Below the pieces are notes generated by a model. The model did no database searches. It saw only the letters and a program-made list of their open reading frames with translations, and was not told the DNA's origin. Below, one piece after another: positions 44,473-54,348 of a DNA stretch of 64,000 nucleotides (its first letter is position 1; each line of letters opens with the position of its first letter). Source of the stretch: an uncultured Candidatus Saccharibacteria bacterium. Lineage in GTDB: Bacteria > Patescibacteriota > Minisyncoccia > Phycocordibacterales > UBA5272. The translations under genes were made by a program, and so were the position numbers. The DNA is taken from contig CAZEIK010000001.1 of NCBI GenBank assembly GCA_964512315.1, forward strand, positions 84,408-148,407, in the 5' to 3' direction.

Positions 44473-45570
44473 ATGAGTATATTAATTTTCTTTGTAGTAC
44501 TTTTAGTTCTGGTTATGGTTCATGAGGCGGGACACTTTTTTGCTGCCAAGATTTCTAAGATGCGAGTTGAAGAGTTTGCTTTTGGATTCCCACCCAAACT
44601 TTTTAGTAAGAAAAAAGGTGAGACTACTTATGCTTTTAACTTAATACCGATAGGTGGTTATGTGAAGATAACTGGTGAAGGGTTCGAGGAGGAAGAAAGA
44701 GAAAGACTAAAGCATGATAAAAAAGCTTTCCAAAACAGACCCAAAATACTGCAATTATTTGTATTAATCGCTGGAGTAGTGATGAATTTGGTTTTGGCTG
44801 TTCTGGTTTTAACTTTTGTATATACCAAGCCGCATTATGTTTCGGTTAATGATGCTGACTACGGTAAATACATACAGAATCCTCACGTGGTTGTCGTCGG
44901 TGTTAGCCAAAATTCTCCAGCATATACTGCGAACATTATTCCTGGCGACGTAGTTTTAAAAATGTTTACTCAGAAAGTGTCTGCTAATTTAGATTCAGCC
45001 CAATCTGTAATAGACTTTGTCAAAACTCACAATGAAGAGTCTATAACTATAGTCTATGAGCGCCCTAAGGATGGTAAAGTCTCAACCACGACCTTACAAG
45101 CAGTCTACGGACTAGTTGAAGGTCGCAAGTCATTAGGCTTCGCGGTTGATTATGCTGGAGAGGTATCACTGCCTGCACACAAGGCATTCGTTAAGGCTGT
45201 CGTAGACACAGGCAAGTTCACATATCTTACCGTAGCCGGACTAGGCGACATTGTTAAGAAACTTGTTAACGGTGAGAGTGTTATGAACACTTTAGCGGGC
45301 CCAGTTGGTATCGCTAAGATGGTAGGTGGAGCCTCAGAAGCCGGATTAACCACGTTGCTTACTTTTGTTGCAGTTCTATCTATTAACCTCGCAGTGTTTA
45401 ATGCATTACCAATACCAGCACTAGACGGAGGTAGAATAGTTTTCGTTTTGATTGAGGCGATAATTAGAAGGCCGCTTAATTACAAGTTCCAGTATTGGGC
45501 TAACTCAATATCGTTCTTACTTCTAATCGGCCTAATCCTAACCACAACATTTTTCGATATTTTTAGGTAG
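44473..45570 (+). CDS. rseP: RIP site-2 metalloprotease RseP (M50) with PDZ domain
   Basis: 'VHEAGHFFAAK' in TM1; C-terminal 'LAVFNALPIPALDGGR'. Confidence 0.8.
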   Translation: MSILIFFVVLLVLVMVHEAGHFFAAKISKMRVEEFAFGFPPKLFSKKKGETTYAFNLIPIGGYVKITGEGFEEEERERLKHDKKAFQNRPKILQLFVLIAGVVMNLVLAVLVLTFVYTKPHYVSVNDADYGKYIQNPHVVVVGVSQNSPAYTANIIPGDVVLKMFTQKVSANLDSAQSVIDFVKTHNEESITIVYERPKDGKVSTTTLQAVYGLVEGRKSLGFAVDYAGEVSLPAHKAFVKAVVDTGKFTYLTVAGLGDIVKKLVNGESVMNTLAGPVGIAKMVGGASEAGLTTLLTFVAVLSINLAVFNALPIPALDGGRIVFVLIEAIIRRPLNYKFQYWANSISFLLLIGLILTTTFFDIFR

Positions 45571-45595
45571 TAAGCCTTTGTGATATTATAAGCTC

Positions 45596-46873
45596 ATGAA
45601 GCAATCGCAATTATTTACAAAAACATCAAAGACTGCACCAAGTGATGAGGTGTCTAAGAATGCTCAGCTACTGATACGCGCTGGTTATATACACAAAGAG
45701 ATGGCTGGTGTGTATACACTTTTGCCACTCGGGCATAAAGTATTTAATAATATTGTAAATGTTATTCGTGAGGAGATGAATCAAATAGGTGGGCAAGAGT
45801 TAGAAATGACAGCGCTTCAAGATGGAGAAGTGTGGCAAAAGTCAGGAAGATGGATTAATAATCCAGATGTAGATGTGTGGTTCACAACAAAACTTAAAAA
45901 TGAGACCGAGTTAGGATTAGGATTCACTCATGAAGAGCCGATTACAAACATGATGACTAAGTTCATCAAGAGCTATCGCGACTTGCCAGTGCTCGCTTAT
46001 CAGTTCCAGAAGAAGTTCAGAAATGAGACTAGGGCCAAGAGCGGAATCATGCGTACGCGTGAGTTCGTAATGAAGGACTTGTACAGCTTCTGCAAATCAG
46101 AAGAAGAGCAACTTGCTGTCTACGAGAAGTGTAAGCAAGCCTATATAAATATTTTTAATAGATTAGGAATAGGAGAGAAGACGTTTGTAACATTTGCTTC
46201 GGGTGGAGTCTTCTCTAAATACTCACATGAATTCCAGACTATTACTGACGCAGGTGAAGATGATATATACATATGCGACAGATTGAACTTAGCCATCAAC
46301 AAAGAGGTATTTAATGACGAAGTGTTAAGTGATCTCTCTATTTCAAAAGATGAAGTTAGAGTTGAGAAGGCTGTAGAAGTTGGAAATATTTTTAACCTCG
46401 GTACAAGATTTTCTGATGCTATGGACCTCAAATATACAGATGAGTCAGGAGACAAGAAGCCTGTTTGGATGGGCTCATATGGAATAGGTCCAGCTCGTGT
46501 TATGGGTACAATAGTCGAAGTGTTGTCAGACGAAAAAGGTATAGTCTGGCCTAATGCTGTTGCGCCGTATGCATTACATATGGTTACTCTTTATAAAGAC
46601 AAAAATGATGAGAGTTATAAAATATCACAGCAGATCTATGACAAGCTGAAGCAGTCTGGTGTTGATGTGTTGTGGGATGATCGTGAAGGTCTTGGTGCGG
46701 GTGAGAAGTTCGCAGATGCAGACTTGCTTGGTATGCCCATGCGTGTCACTATTTCTGAGAAGAGTCTTCTTGCTGGTGGAGTTGAATTAAAAGAGAGAGC
46801 TGAAAAAGATAATTCAAAATCAGAGATTGTTTCTGTTGAGCATCTTCTAACAATGTACACAAAAGAGTGTTAA
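45596..46873 (+). CDS. proS: Proline--tRNA ligase (short bacterial type without an editing insertion)
   Basis: 'SQLFTKTSKTAPSDEVSKNAQLLIRAGYI', class II motifs and a C-terminal anticodon-binding domain. Confidence 0.85.
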   Translation: MKQSQLFTKTSKTAPSDEVSKNAQLLIRAGYIHKEMAGVYTLLPLGHKVFNNIVNVIREEMNQIGGQELEMTALQDGEVWQKSGRWINNPDVDVWFTTKLKNETELGLGFTHEEPITNMMTKFIKSYRDLPVLAYQFQKKFRNETRAKSGIMRTREFVMKDLYSFCKSEEEQLAVYEKCKQAYINIFNRLGIGEKTFVTFASGGVFSKYSHEFQTITDAGEDDIYICDRLNLAINKEVFNDEVLSDLSISKDEVRVEKAVEVGNIFNLGTRFSDAMDLKYTDESGDKKPVWMGSYGIGPARVMGTIVEVLSDEKGIVWPNAVAPYALHMVTLYKDKNDESYKISQQIYDKLKQSGVDVLWDDREGLGAGEKFADADLLGMPMRVTISEKSLLAGGVELKERAEKDNSKSEIVSVEHLLTMYTKEC

Positions 46874-46927
46874 AAGGTATATTTGTCAAGGTTATTTGGA
46901 AAGTGTTTTCTGTGATAAACTGAGTTA

Positions 46928-47977
46928 ATGCTAGACAAGTGGAAGAATAAATTTTCGAATGAAATCGGTATAGACCTGGGGACTGCTAATACTCTTGTAT
47001 ATGTTCGTGGTGTTGGAATTGTGATTAACGAGCCGTCTATCGTTGCTGTGAATGTTAAGACCGACAGAATGGTTGCAATCGGTAATGAGGCAAAGCAAAT
47101 GATGGGGCGCACCCCTACACATATTAGATGTGTTCGCCCGCTTGTTGACGGTGTGATTAGTGATTATGAGGTGACTGAGGAGATGTTAGGTTACTTGATT
47201 AACAAGGCTAATAATATTCATAAAAAGTTTTTGCGTCCTCGTGTTGTGGTCGGTGTGCCAGTTGGTATAACTAATGTGGAGACTAGGGCGGTGTATGATG
47301 CCGCGCGCGCCGCAGGCGCGCGCGAGGTATACATAGTTGAGGAGCCGATGGCTGCTGCTATCGGTATACGTATGCCAATACATGATGCAGAAGGCTCGAT
47401 GATAGTCGACATAGGAGGCGGTACAACTGACATAGCCGTGATCTCATTGTCTGGAATAGTAAAAGCCAAATCAATCAAAGTAGCAGGAGACAAATTGAAT
47501 CAAGACATAATCTCATATGTTCGTGATGAATTTAAAATGTTAATAGGAGAGAAGACTGCCGAAGAAATAAAAATGCAAATCGGTTCCGCTATGCCAGATG
47601 GTGACCCAGAAGAAATGAAAGTCAAAGGTCGTGACCTTGTGTCAGGCTTGCCAAAAGAAGTGTCTATAACAGATAGCGACATACGCAAGGCTATGTACAA
47701 TAGCATCTCGCAAATTGTAGATGGCATAAAAGAAGTCATAGAGATGACTCCACCTGAGGTGTTGTCAGATATTATGAATCAAGGCATAACATTGGCTGGT
47801 GGTGGTGCGCTGATCCGCGGACTGGATGAGCTGATGAGAATACAGCTTAAGGTGCCAGTTGCAAAATGTGAAGATCCTCTTAATGCTGTAGCAAGAGGTT
47901 GCGGAATTATTCTAGAAGATGTTAGTAAGTTCAAGGATGTGCTTATAAAAGACCATGTTGATATCGCGTACAGATAG
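46928..47977 (+). CDS. mreB: Rod-shape-determining actin homolog MreB (copy 2)
   Basis: 'GIDLGTANTLVYV', 'DIGGGTTDIAVIS', 'LAGGGALIRGL'. Confidence 0.9.
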   Translation: MLDKWKNKFSNEIGIDLGTANTLVYVRGVGIVINEPSIVAVNVKTDRMVAIGNEAKQMMGRTPTHIRCVRPLVDGVISDYEVTEEMLGYLINKANNIHKKFLRPRVVVGVPVGITNVETRAVYDAARAAGAREVYIVEEPMAAAIGIRMPIHDAEGSMIVDIGGGTTDIAVISLSGIVKAKSIKVAGDKLNQDIISYVRDEFKMLIGEKTAEEIKMQIGSAMPDGDPEEMKVKGRDLVSGLPKEVSITDSDIRKAMYNSISQIVDGIKEVIEMTPPEVLSDIMNQGITLAGGGALIRGLDELMRIQLKVPVAKCEDPLNAVARGCGIILEDVSKFKDVLIKDHVDIAYR

Positions 47978-48689
47978 GAATTTTCGCGAGAATAGCATTT
48001 TAAAAAAGTTAGTAATTAGCTTTTTTGTTTTTGTTATTTTATTTTTTATTTTAAGACCGTTTCTACAAGCTCCACTTTTAAATACTTTTGAATATATATC
48101 TAACTTCCTGAATAATTCTAGAATATCAGAATTAGAAAAAGAGAATTCTGACCTTAAGATCAAGCTTGCGCAAGCTGAGATAATTATAAAAGACAGCTCA
48201 TCATCTGAACTTCTGGTTAAAATGGGTATGACTGATTTTGTAGAGGCATCAGTTATTGTTAGAAGTTTTCTTTCGGTTTATGATACTTTATTTTTGAATA
48301 AAGGTTCTGTAGATGGTGTATCAGATGGTGCCCTCGTCTTTACTGCAGGGCTGCATCCCGTGGCTACGGTAAAAGAAATAGATAAGAGTTTCTCTAGAAT
48401 AGACTTGTTTACAAAGTCAGGCAATAAAATATCAGGCGTTGTTAAAAGTGCCTCTAGTAGCGAGGAAGTTTTAGAGTTGACTGGCGATGGTGCTTATGGA
48501 TTCGTCTCTACAGTGCCACTTAGTTCTAATATAGAAGAAGGGCAAAAAGTTTATTTTGGTGAGAATACAGATTTTGTTGTTGCTGATGTGGTTAGTGTTT
48601 TCAAGAATGAAAACGAGAATAACAAAATCATTCGCTTAAGAGGGTATTTCTCACCGTCAGGAGTTTCTAGTGTTTATATACAAAAGTAA
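47955..48689 (+). CDS. mreC: Rod-shape-determining protein MreC
   Basis: N-terminal TM, coiled coil 'ELEKENSDLKIKLAQAE', then a beta-domain 'GSVDGVSDGALVFTAGL'. Confidence 0.7.
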   Translation: MLISRTDRNFRENSILKKLVISFFVFVILFFILRPFLQAPLLNTFEYISNFLNNSRISELEKENSDLKIKLAQAEIIIKDSSSSELLVKMGMTDFVEASVIVRSFLSVYDTLFLNKGSVDGVSDGALVFTAGLHPVATVKEIDKSFSRIDLFTKSGNKISGVVKSASSSEEVLELTGDGAYGFVSTVPLSSNIEEGQKVYFGENTDFVVADVVSVFKNENENNKIIRLRGYFSPSGVSSVYIQK

Positions 48690-48799
48690 TATGATTTTTA
48701 TTTATCTTATTTCTGTCTTTCTGTTAATTTTGGATACAGCTCTTGCTAAGACTTTACCTGTAATGACTTTGTATTTTTATTGTATTATATTTATATATT

Positions 48800-50503
48800 A
48801 TGTACTTAGACCATACATACGCATCAAATAAAAAGAGAAGACAAGAAGTTGATCCAGATGAGGTTTTTGCTGATGCCGTTAATGTCTCCAAGTTCGACAG
48901 TAACGCTCTTGAGGGCAAGTTCGAGAAGCCTCTCTCTAAAATAACTTTTTTTATTTTTACCATAAGTATTATCTTTATACTCGGTGCCTTTTTTGTAAAA
49001 GCTTTTGTGGCCCAGGTTCATAATGGTGACTCTTGGTCAGAATTAGCTAACAATAACTATTTAAAAAATACACCAATATTTGCTTATCGTGGAGTTGTAA
49101 AAGACAGGAACGGCGTCCTGCTCGCATGGAATGATACCAGTGTTGCAACTGGTACCAGTCTTGGTATACCGGCTAGACGATATATAAGTGACGGAGGATT
49201 TTCTCATATTTTGGGTTATGTAAGTTATCCAAAGAAAGATAAGACGGGATACTTTTGGCAGACAGAATATATAGGTGCTGACGGGCTTGAGAAGCAGTAC
49301 AATGATCAGCTTTCCGGTAAGGCCGGTGAGTTGATTGTAGAAGTTTCTGCTAAGGGCCAGGTCAAATACGACAACACAATGAAGGCTCCAATTGATGGAG
49401 AGACACTTAATACTCACATAGACTCGAGGGTGCAAAAGATATTTTTCAACCATCTCAAGGAGGCTGTGGATGCGCAAGGATTCTCAGGTGGGGCGGGCAT
49501 AATGATGGATGTTAATACCGGTGAGATAATAGCTATGACGAGTTATCCTGAATACTCCAACAATCTTTTCATTAACGCTAGCTCCTCAGAAGAAAAAGAA
49601 AAGAAGTCTAATTATCTAACGAGCAATAGGAAGCCAATGCTTAATCGCGCTGTCTCTGGTCAGATTGTGCCAGGATCTACCGTGAAGCCATTTATGGCCT
49701 ACGCTGCTCTAAATGAAGGCGTGATAGATGAGTTTAAAAATATATACAGTAGTGGTGCATTAGTAATTAAAAATGTTTATGGTGGTCCTGATACAGTTTT
49801 TAAAGATTGGAAAGCTCATGGTTATATTGATATTAAAAAAGCTATAGCCGAGTCATCGGATGAATATTTTTATCAAGTGGGTGGTGGTTATAAAGACCAA
49901 CCAGGCTTGGGTATAACAAGAATAGAAAAGTATATGAAAATGTTTGGCTTTGCATCGTCTACTGGTGTTGACCTGCCTGGAGAAAAAGCTGGAGTAGTGC
50001 CTTCGCCAGAATGGAAAAAGAAAAATTTTAAAGATGGTGATTGGCTGCTGGGCAACACTTATCACACTTCGATTGGGCAGTATGGATTTCAGACTACGCC
50101 ACTAGAACTGATACGTTCTATTTCGATAATTGCAAACGGCGGAACAATTGTAACTCCACACCTTGTTGGCGATGCTGAGCCGGCTGGCAAGTTAGATCTT
50201 AATCAGAACTTTCTTAGAATTGTAAGACAAGGCATGCGTATGGCAGCAGAGGAGGGTGGTACCGCACACTACTTCAATGATTTACCTTTTAAAGTTGGCG
50301 CTAAGACCGGTACTGCTCAGTTGGGGTATAACAATGAAAGGGTTAATAGTTGGTCTACAGGCTATTTCCCTTATGAGAATCCTAAGTACGCCTTTGTTTA
50401 CGTTATGGAAAGTGGTCCATATACTAATACTTTGGCGGCGTCTAAGGTTATGAGGGCAATATTCGCTGACATAATAGACCAGGCTCCAGAGTATACGAAA
50501 TAG
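48800..50503 (+). CDS. mrdA: Penicillin-binding protein 2 (elongasome transpeptidase)
   Basis: TM anchor; SxxK 'STVKP', SxN, 'KTGTAQ'. Confidence 0.85.
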   Translation: MYLDHTYASNKKRRQEVDPDEVFADAVNVSKFDSNALEGKFEKPLSKITFFIFTISIIFILGAFFVKAFVAQVHNGDSWSELANNNYLKNTPIFAYRGVVKDRNGVLLAWNDTSVATGTSLGIPARRYISDGGFSHILGYVSYPKKDKTGYFWQTEYIGADGLEKQYNDQLSGKAGELIVEVSAKGQVKYDNTMKAPIDGETLNTHIDSRVQKIFFNHLKEAVDAQGFSGGAGIMMDVNTGEIIAMTSYPEYSNNLFINASSSEEKEKKSNYLTSNRKPMLNRAVSGQIVPGSTVKPFMAYAALNEGVIDEFKNIYSSGALVIKNVYGGPDTVFKDWKAHGYIDIKKAIAESSDEYFYQVGGGYKDQPGLGITRIEKYMKMFGFASSTGVDLPGEKAGVVPSPEWKKKNFKDGDWLLGNTYHTSIGQYGFQTTPLELIRSISIIANGGTIVTPHLVGDAEPAGKLDLNQNFLRIVRQGMRMAAEEGGTAHYFNDLPFKVGAKTGTAQLGYNNERVNSWSTGYFPYENPKYAFVYVMESGPYTNTLAASKVMRAIFADIIDQAPEYTK

Positions 50504-50530
50504 GGATATTATGGTATAATGCTAGCCAAT

Positions 50531-50995
50531 ATGAATAAAGAATATATTACATTAGAGAAAAAGGCGGAACTTGAAGCTGAGTTAAAAGATCTAACCACTA
50601 ACAAAAGAAAAGAGATCGCTGACGCTCTTGAGTACGCTAAGTCTCTGGGTGACCTTTCTGAGAACGCCGAGTATCATCAAGCTCGTGAAGATCAAGCCCG
50701 CCTTGAAGATCGTATCGCAGAAGTTGAATATATTCTTAAGAACGCGGAGATCGCTGAGCGTCATCATGCTGGTATAGTTGAAGTTGGTACAACTGTAAAA
50801 GTTAAAAAGTCTGGTAGCACAAAAGAGATGTCTTATATTCTAGTTGGTAGCGAAGAAGCCGATATTGCAGCAGGCAAGATTTCTAATGAGTCACCACTTG
50901 GAGGTGCGCTTATGGGCAAAAAGGCTGGAGATTCAGTTACAATCACTACACCAAAAGGTGAGGAGGTTACATACAAGATTGTTTCTATAGATTAG
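50531..50995 (+). CDS. greA: Transcription elongation factor GreA
   Basis: 'LGDLSENAEYHQAREDQARLEDRIAEVE'. ATG 50531 is chosen because TGGTATAAT (50512-50520) overlaps the ORF-track ATG at 50519. Confidence 0.85.
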   Translation: MNKEYITLEKKAELEAELKDLTTNKRKEIADALEYAKSLGDLSENAEYHQAREDQARLEDRIAEVEYILKNAEIAERHHAGIVEVGTTVKVKKSGSTKEMSYILVGSEEADIAAGKISNESPLGGALMGKKAGDSVTITTPKGEEVTYKIVSID

Positions 50996-51005
50996 TTGCT
51001 GAAGA

Positions 51006-51037
51006 AAAAGGCGCCTAGCTTTGCTAGGCGCCTTTTT
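51006..51037 (+). terminator. Rho-independent terminator
   Basis: aaaaaGGCGCCTAGCtttgCTAGGCGCCttttt. Confidence 0.75.
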
Positions 51038-51063
51038 CTATTTTGTGTTATATTTATATCATT

Positions 51064-52512
51064 ATGGCGTCAATTGATGAATTAAAACAAGATAGATTAA
51101 ACAAGCTAAATGCTCTAGAGCAAGCTGGCAATTCTGGATTCCCGGCGGAGGTGGGGCAGTACACAAGAATAGAAGATTTTTTAAAAAGTTTTAATGTCGA
51201 AGATAAGAATAAATATTCACTGGTTGGGCGAGTTATGAGTATGCGCAGCTTTGGTGCGCTTGCTTTTGCTAAGATATTCGACGGTACTGCATCGGTACAA
51301 GTTGTATTCGAAGAGGAGCACAACAAAGACGCGATCAATTTTCTATCTAACTATGTTGACGTTGGCGATTTTGTAAAAGTAACCGGCAACTCATACATAA
51401 CAAAAAAGGGCGAGAATTCACTTTTGATTGACTCGGTAATTATGCTGAGCAAGTCGTTACTTCCTCTTCCCGATAAGTGGGATGGCTTGCAAGACGAAGA
51501 GGCTAAGATGAGATACAGATATCTCGATATACTTCTTAATGATAACTTGCGTGAGATGTTGCACAAGAAAGCGAAGTTCTGGAATGTGGTTAGAACATTT
51601 TTAAATGACAACAAGTTCCTAGAGGTTGAGACTCCGACAATTGAAGTTACAACAGGTGGCGCTGAGGCGAGACCATTTAAAACTCATCACAATGATTTTG
51701 ACTTGGATGTATACATGCGTATTTGTGTTGGTGAGTTGTGGCAGAAGAGATTGATGGCTGCTGGTATGCCACGCACATTCGAGATCGGTCGCGCGTATAG
51801 GAATGAGGGCTCATCTCCAGAGCATTTGCAAGAGTTCACTAATTGTGAATTCTATATGGGGTATGCTGACTATAAGGATGGCATCAGACTGGTGCAGGAT
51901 TTGTATAAGAAAATCGCTCTTGAGGTGTTCGGCAAGACAGAGTTCACAGTTCGTGGTCTTACATTTGATCTGGCTAATGAGTGGGTGGAGATCGATTATG
52001 CTACAGAGATCAAGAATAAGACAGGTATTGATATATGGACTGCCAGCGATGATGATATTAAAAATAAATTAAAAGAATTAGGGGTTAAATATGATGGTGA
52101 GAATCGTGAGAGACTGACTGATAGCATTTGGAAATATTGCCGCAAATCCATAGCAGGTCCAGCAGTGCTTATCAATCATCCAGTCCTAGTTGCGCCTCTT
52201 GCAAAACATAACAGCGATGGCAAGACTGTTCAGCAATTCCAACCTATACTAGCAGGATCAGAAGTTGGACGCGGATATTCTGAGCTGAACGACCCTAGGT
52301 TACAACGTGCTAACTTTGAACAGCAGAAGAAATTGCTCGATGGTGGTGACGAGGAGGCTATGATGCCTGATTGGGAATTCGTAGAGATGCTTGAGCATGG
52401 CATGCCACCAACATGTGGTTTCGGATTCGGCGAGAGGTTGTTTGCGTTTCTAATGGGTCTACCTATACGCGAGACTCAGACTTTTCCACTTGTAAAACCA
52501 AAAGAGGAGTAA
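51064..52512 (+). CDS. lysS: Lysine--tRNA ligase (class II)
   Basis: OB-fold N-domain and class II motifs ('FEIGRAYRNEG', 'GFGFGERLF'). ATG 51064 is about 10 nt after the TGTGTTATATT -10-like box. Confidence 0.9.
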   Translation: MASIDELKQDRLNKLNALEQAGNSGFPAEVGQYTRIEDFLKSFNVEDKNKYSLVGRVMSMRSFGALAFAKIFDGTASVQVVFEEEHNKDAINFLSNYVDVGDFVKVTGNSYITKKGENSLLIDSVIMLSKSLLPLPDKWDGLQDEEAKMRYRYLDILLNDNLREMLHKKAKFWNVVRTFLNDNKFLEVETPTIEVTTGGAEARPFKTHHNDFDLDVYMRICVGELWQKRLMAAGMPRTFEIGRAYRNEGSSPEHLQEFTNCEFYMGYADYKDGIRLVQDLYKKIALEVFGKTEFTVRGLTFDLANEWVEIDYATEIKNKTGIDIWTASDDDIKNKLKELGVKYDGENRERLTDSIWKYCRKSIAGPAVLINHPVLVAPLAKHNSDGKTVQQFQPILAGSEVGRGYSELNDPRLQRANFEQQKKLLDGGDEEAMMPDWEFVEMLEHGMPPTCGFGFGERLFAFLMGLPIRETQTFPLVKPKEE

Positions 52513-52535
52513 TTTATAAGATAAATAGAACCAAA

Positions 52536-52566
52536 ACAAAAAGCCGCACTCGCGCGGCTTTTTGTT
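52536..52566 (+). terminator. Rho-independent terminator
   Basis: aaaaAAGCCGCactcgcGCGGCTTtttgtttt. Confidence 0.7.
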
Positions 52567-52649
52567 TTGGTTTAGTTGGCCTAATTATAGCTATTTTGAG
52601 TAGATTTTCTGTGGAAAAGTCCTGATTTTTATATACAAAAGTAGTATAA

Positions 52650-52675
52650 TGGGAACAGGTGGGATAAAGTGGGAT
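52650..52675 (+). promoter_or_regulatory. MraZ operator: three TGGG(A) direct repeats at exact 10-bp spacing, between the -10 box (TATAAT 52645-52650) and the mraZ start
   Basis: TGGGA at 52650, GTGGG at 52659-52663, GTGGG at 52669-52673. Confidence 0.55.
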
Positions 52676-52687
52676 ATCTTACAAAAT

Positions 52688-53122
52688 ATGTTGATCGGAA
52701 GTTATACGCATATATTAGATCCAAAAAAACGTCTTTCCATACCAGCAAAATGGAGAAGTTCGCTTGGAGAAAAAATTGTGATTACTTCGGGGTTAGATCA
52801 ATCGCTCTTTGTATTCGGTGATGATGAGTGGAAAAAAATAGCAGAAAAGCTAGTTTCTTTGGGATTCTTGGATGCTGATTCAAGACAATTCGCAAGATAT
52901 ATGCTCGCTAATGCATTTGAAGTTTCTATAGACAGTCATGGCCGCGTCTTAATACCTGAGTCACTTGCGAAGTTCGCTTCGCTAAATGACGAGGTAATAT
53001 TAGCTGGACTATACAGTCGTATTGAGATTTGGGACAAGTCTACATATGACAAGTTAATGTCTAATACTTCTAAAAATGCAGATGACATGGCTCTTCGTAT
53101 CGCAAAACTAGGTATAGAATAA
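52688..53122 (+). CDS. mraZ: Transcriptional regulator MraZ
   Basis: 'LDPKKRLSIPAKWR' (the ATG at 52688 matches the family's short N-terminus; the ORF-track ATG at 52649 lies inside the -10 box). Second repeat 'DSHGRVLIPESL'. Confidence 0.8.
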   Translation: MLIGSYTHILDPKKRLSIPAKWRSSLGEKIVITSGLDQSLFVFGDDEWKKIAEKLVSLGFLDADSRQFARYMLANAFEVSIDSHGRVLIPESLAKFASLNDEVILAGLYSRIEIWDKSTYDKLMSNTSKNADDMALRIAKLGIE

Positions 53123-53123
53123 T

Positions 53124-54047
53124 ATGCGAGAAAGAGAAGACAAAAACATCGATGGTGAACATATACCAGTAATGCTACAGGAGACAATTGAGGCCTTAGG
53201 TCTAAAAGAAGGATTTGTTGTTGTTGATGCTACTACCAATCGTGCTGGCCACAGCATAGAGATTGCGAAACAAATAGGTAAGAGCGGTACATTAGTCTGT
53301 ATAGACTTAGATGAAAAAGCATTAGAAGAAGCCAAAGCTAGACTAGACAAGTTACATAACTCTCCAAAAGTTATATTTGTAAATAGGAATTTTAGAGAGA
53401 TTCGTGAGATTCTAAATGATTTACAAATAGAAAAAGTGGATGCAGTTGTAGCTGACCTAGGATTATCTTCTCAAGAGTTGGACGTGTCAGGTAGAGGATT
53501 CACATTTCAAAAGAATGAGCCGCTACTGATGACATTTAGTTCTAAACTTTCGGACGATCAATTGACTGCAAAAGATATAGTTAATAATTGGCAAGAGGAG
53601 ACCTTAGCCGACATAATCTACTACTTTGCAGACGAGAGATACGCTAAACGCATAGCCAAAAGAATAGTTGAGTATAGAAAAACAGACGAGATACAGACAA
53701 CTTTTCAATTGGTAGAGATAATTAACTCTAGTATTCCAAACAAATACGCTCATTCAAAAACCAATCCCGCAACCAAAACTTTCCAAGCCTTACGTATGGC
53801 GGTTAACGACGAAGTAGGCTCCATGAAAGACTTGATTAACAGCTTATCAGATGTACTGCGCATCGGTGGGCGAGCATCCATTATTACATTCCATAGTATA
53901 GAAGACAGAATAGTAAAACAAACTGCGAGAGAGCAGAAATATTTACAAGCAATTAACAAAAAACCAATAACAGCAAGTGAGCAAGAATTAAAAACTAATC
54001 CAAGATCACGTAGCGCAAAACTAAGAATATATGAATATAACAATTAG
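53124..54047 (+). CDS. rsmH: 16S rRNA (cytosine1402-N4)-methyltransferase RsmH
   Basis: 'HIPVMLQETIEAL...VVDATTNRAGHS', 'DLGLSSQELD'. Confidence 0.9.
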   Translation: MREREDKNIDGEHIPVMLQETIEALGLKEGFVVVDATTNRAGHSIEIAKQIGKSGTLVCIDLDEKALEEAKARLDKLHNSPKVIFVNRNFREIREILNDLQIEKVDAVVADLGLSSQELDVSGRGFTFQKNEPLLMTFSSKLSDDQLTAKDIVNNWQEETLADIIYYFADERYAKRIAKRIVEYRKTDEIQTTFQLVEIINSSIPNKYAHSKTNPATKTFQALRMAVNDEVGSMKDLINSLSDVLRIGGRASIITFHSIEDRIVKQTAREQKYLQAINKKPITASEQELKTNPRSRSAKLRIYEYNN

Positions 54048-54348
54048 ACAATCAGAACTACAAAAGAAAATGGTCAAGGCTGCGTTTATCTGTGCCAGCT
54101 TGGCATTCATAGTTTATATTGGACTGTACTTGTCGCTTGTTATTGGTGGTATTTCTTTTAGAAAAATTTCGGCTGAGTCTAAAAGTATTAATAGCCAGAT
54201 AGTTAGACTAGAAACTCAAATAGCTGAGAAAGAGCGCTCATTACACGAGGGTAACACTTTGGCATATTTAAAACCTATAGACGACACATCTTTTATTGTT
54301 AGAAAAGAGAGCTCAGTTACATTTTCATTCCTCTATGAGGCTAGGTAA
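54031..54348 (+). CDS. ftsL: Cell division protein FtsL-like (small bitopic coiled-coil protein)
   Basis: Sits between rsmH and ftsI. Single TM 'AAFICASLAFIVYIGLYLSLVIGGI' followed by a coiled coil. Confidence 0.55.
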   Translation: MNITIRQSELQKKMVKAAFICASLAFIVYIGLYLSLVIGGISFRKISAESKSINSQIVRLETQIAEKERSLHEGNTLAYLKPIDDTSFIVRKESSVTFSFLYEAR

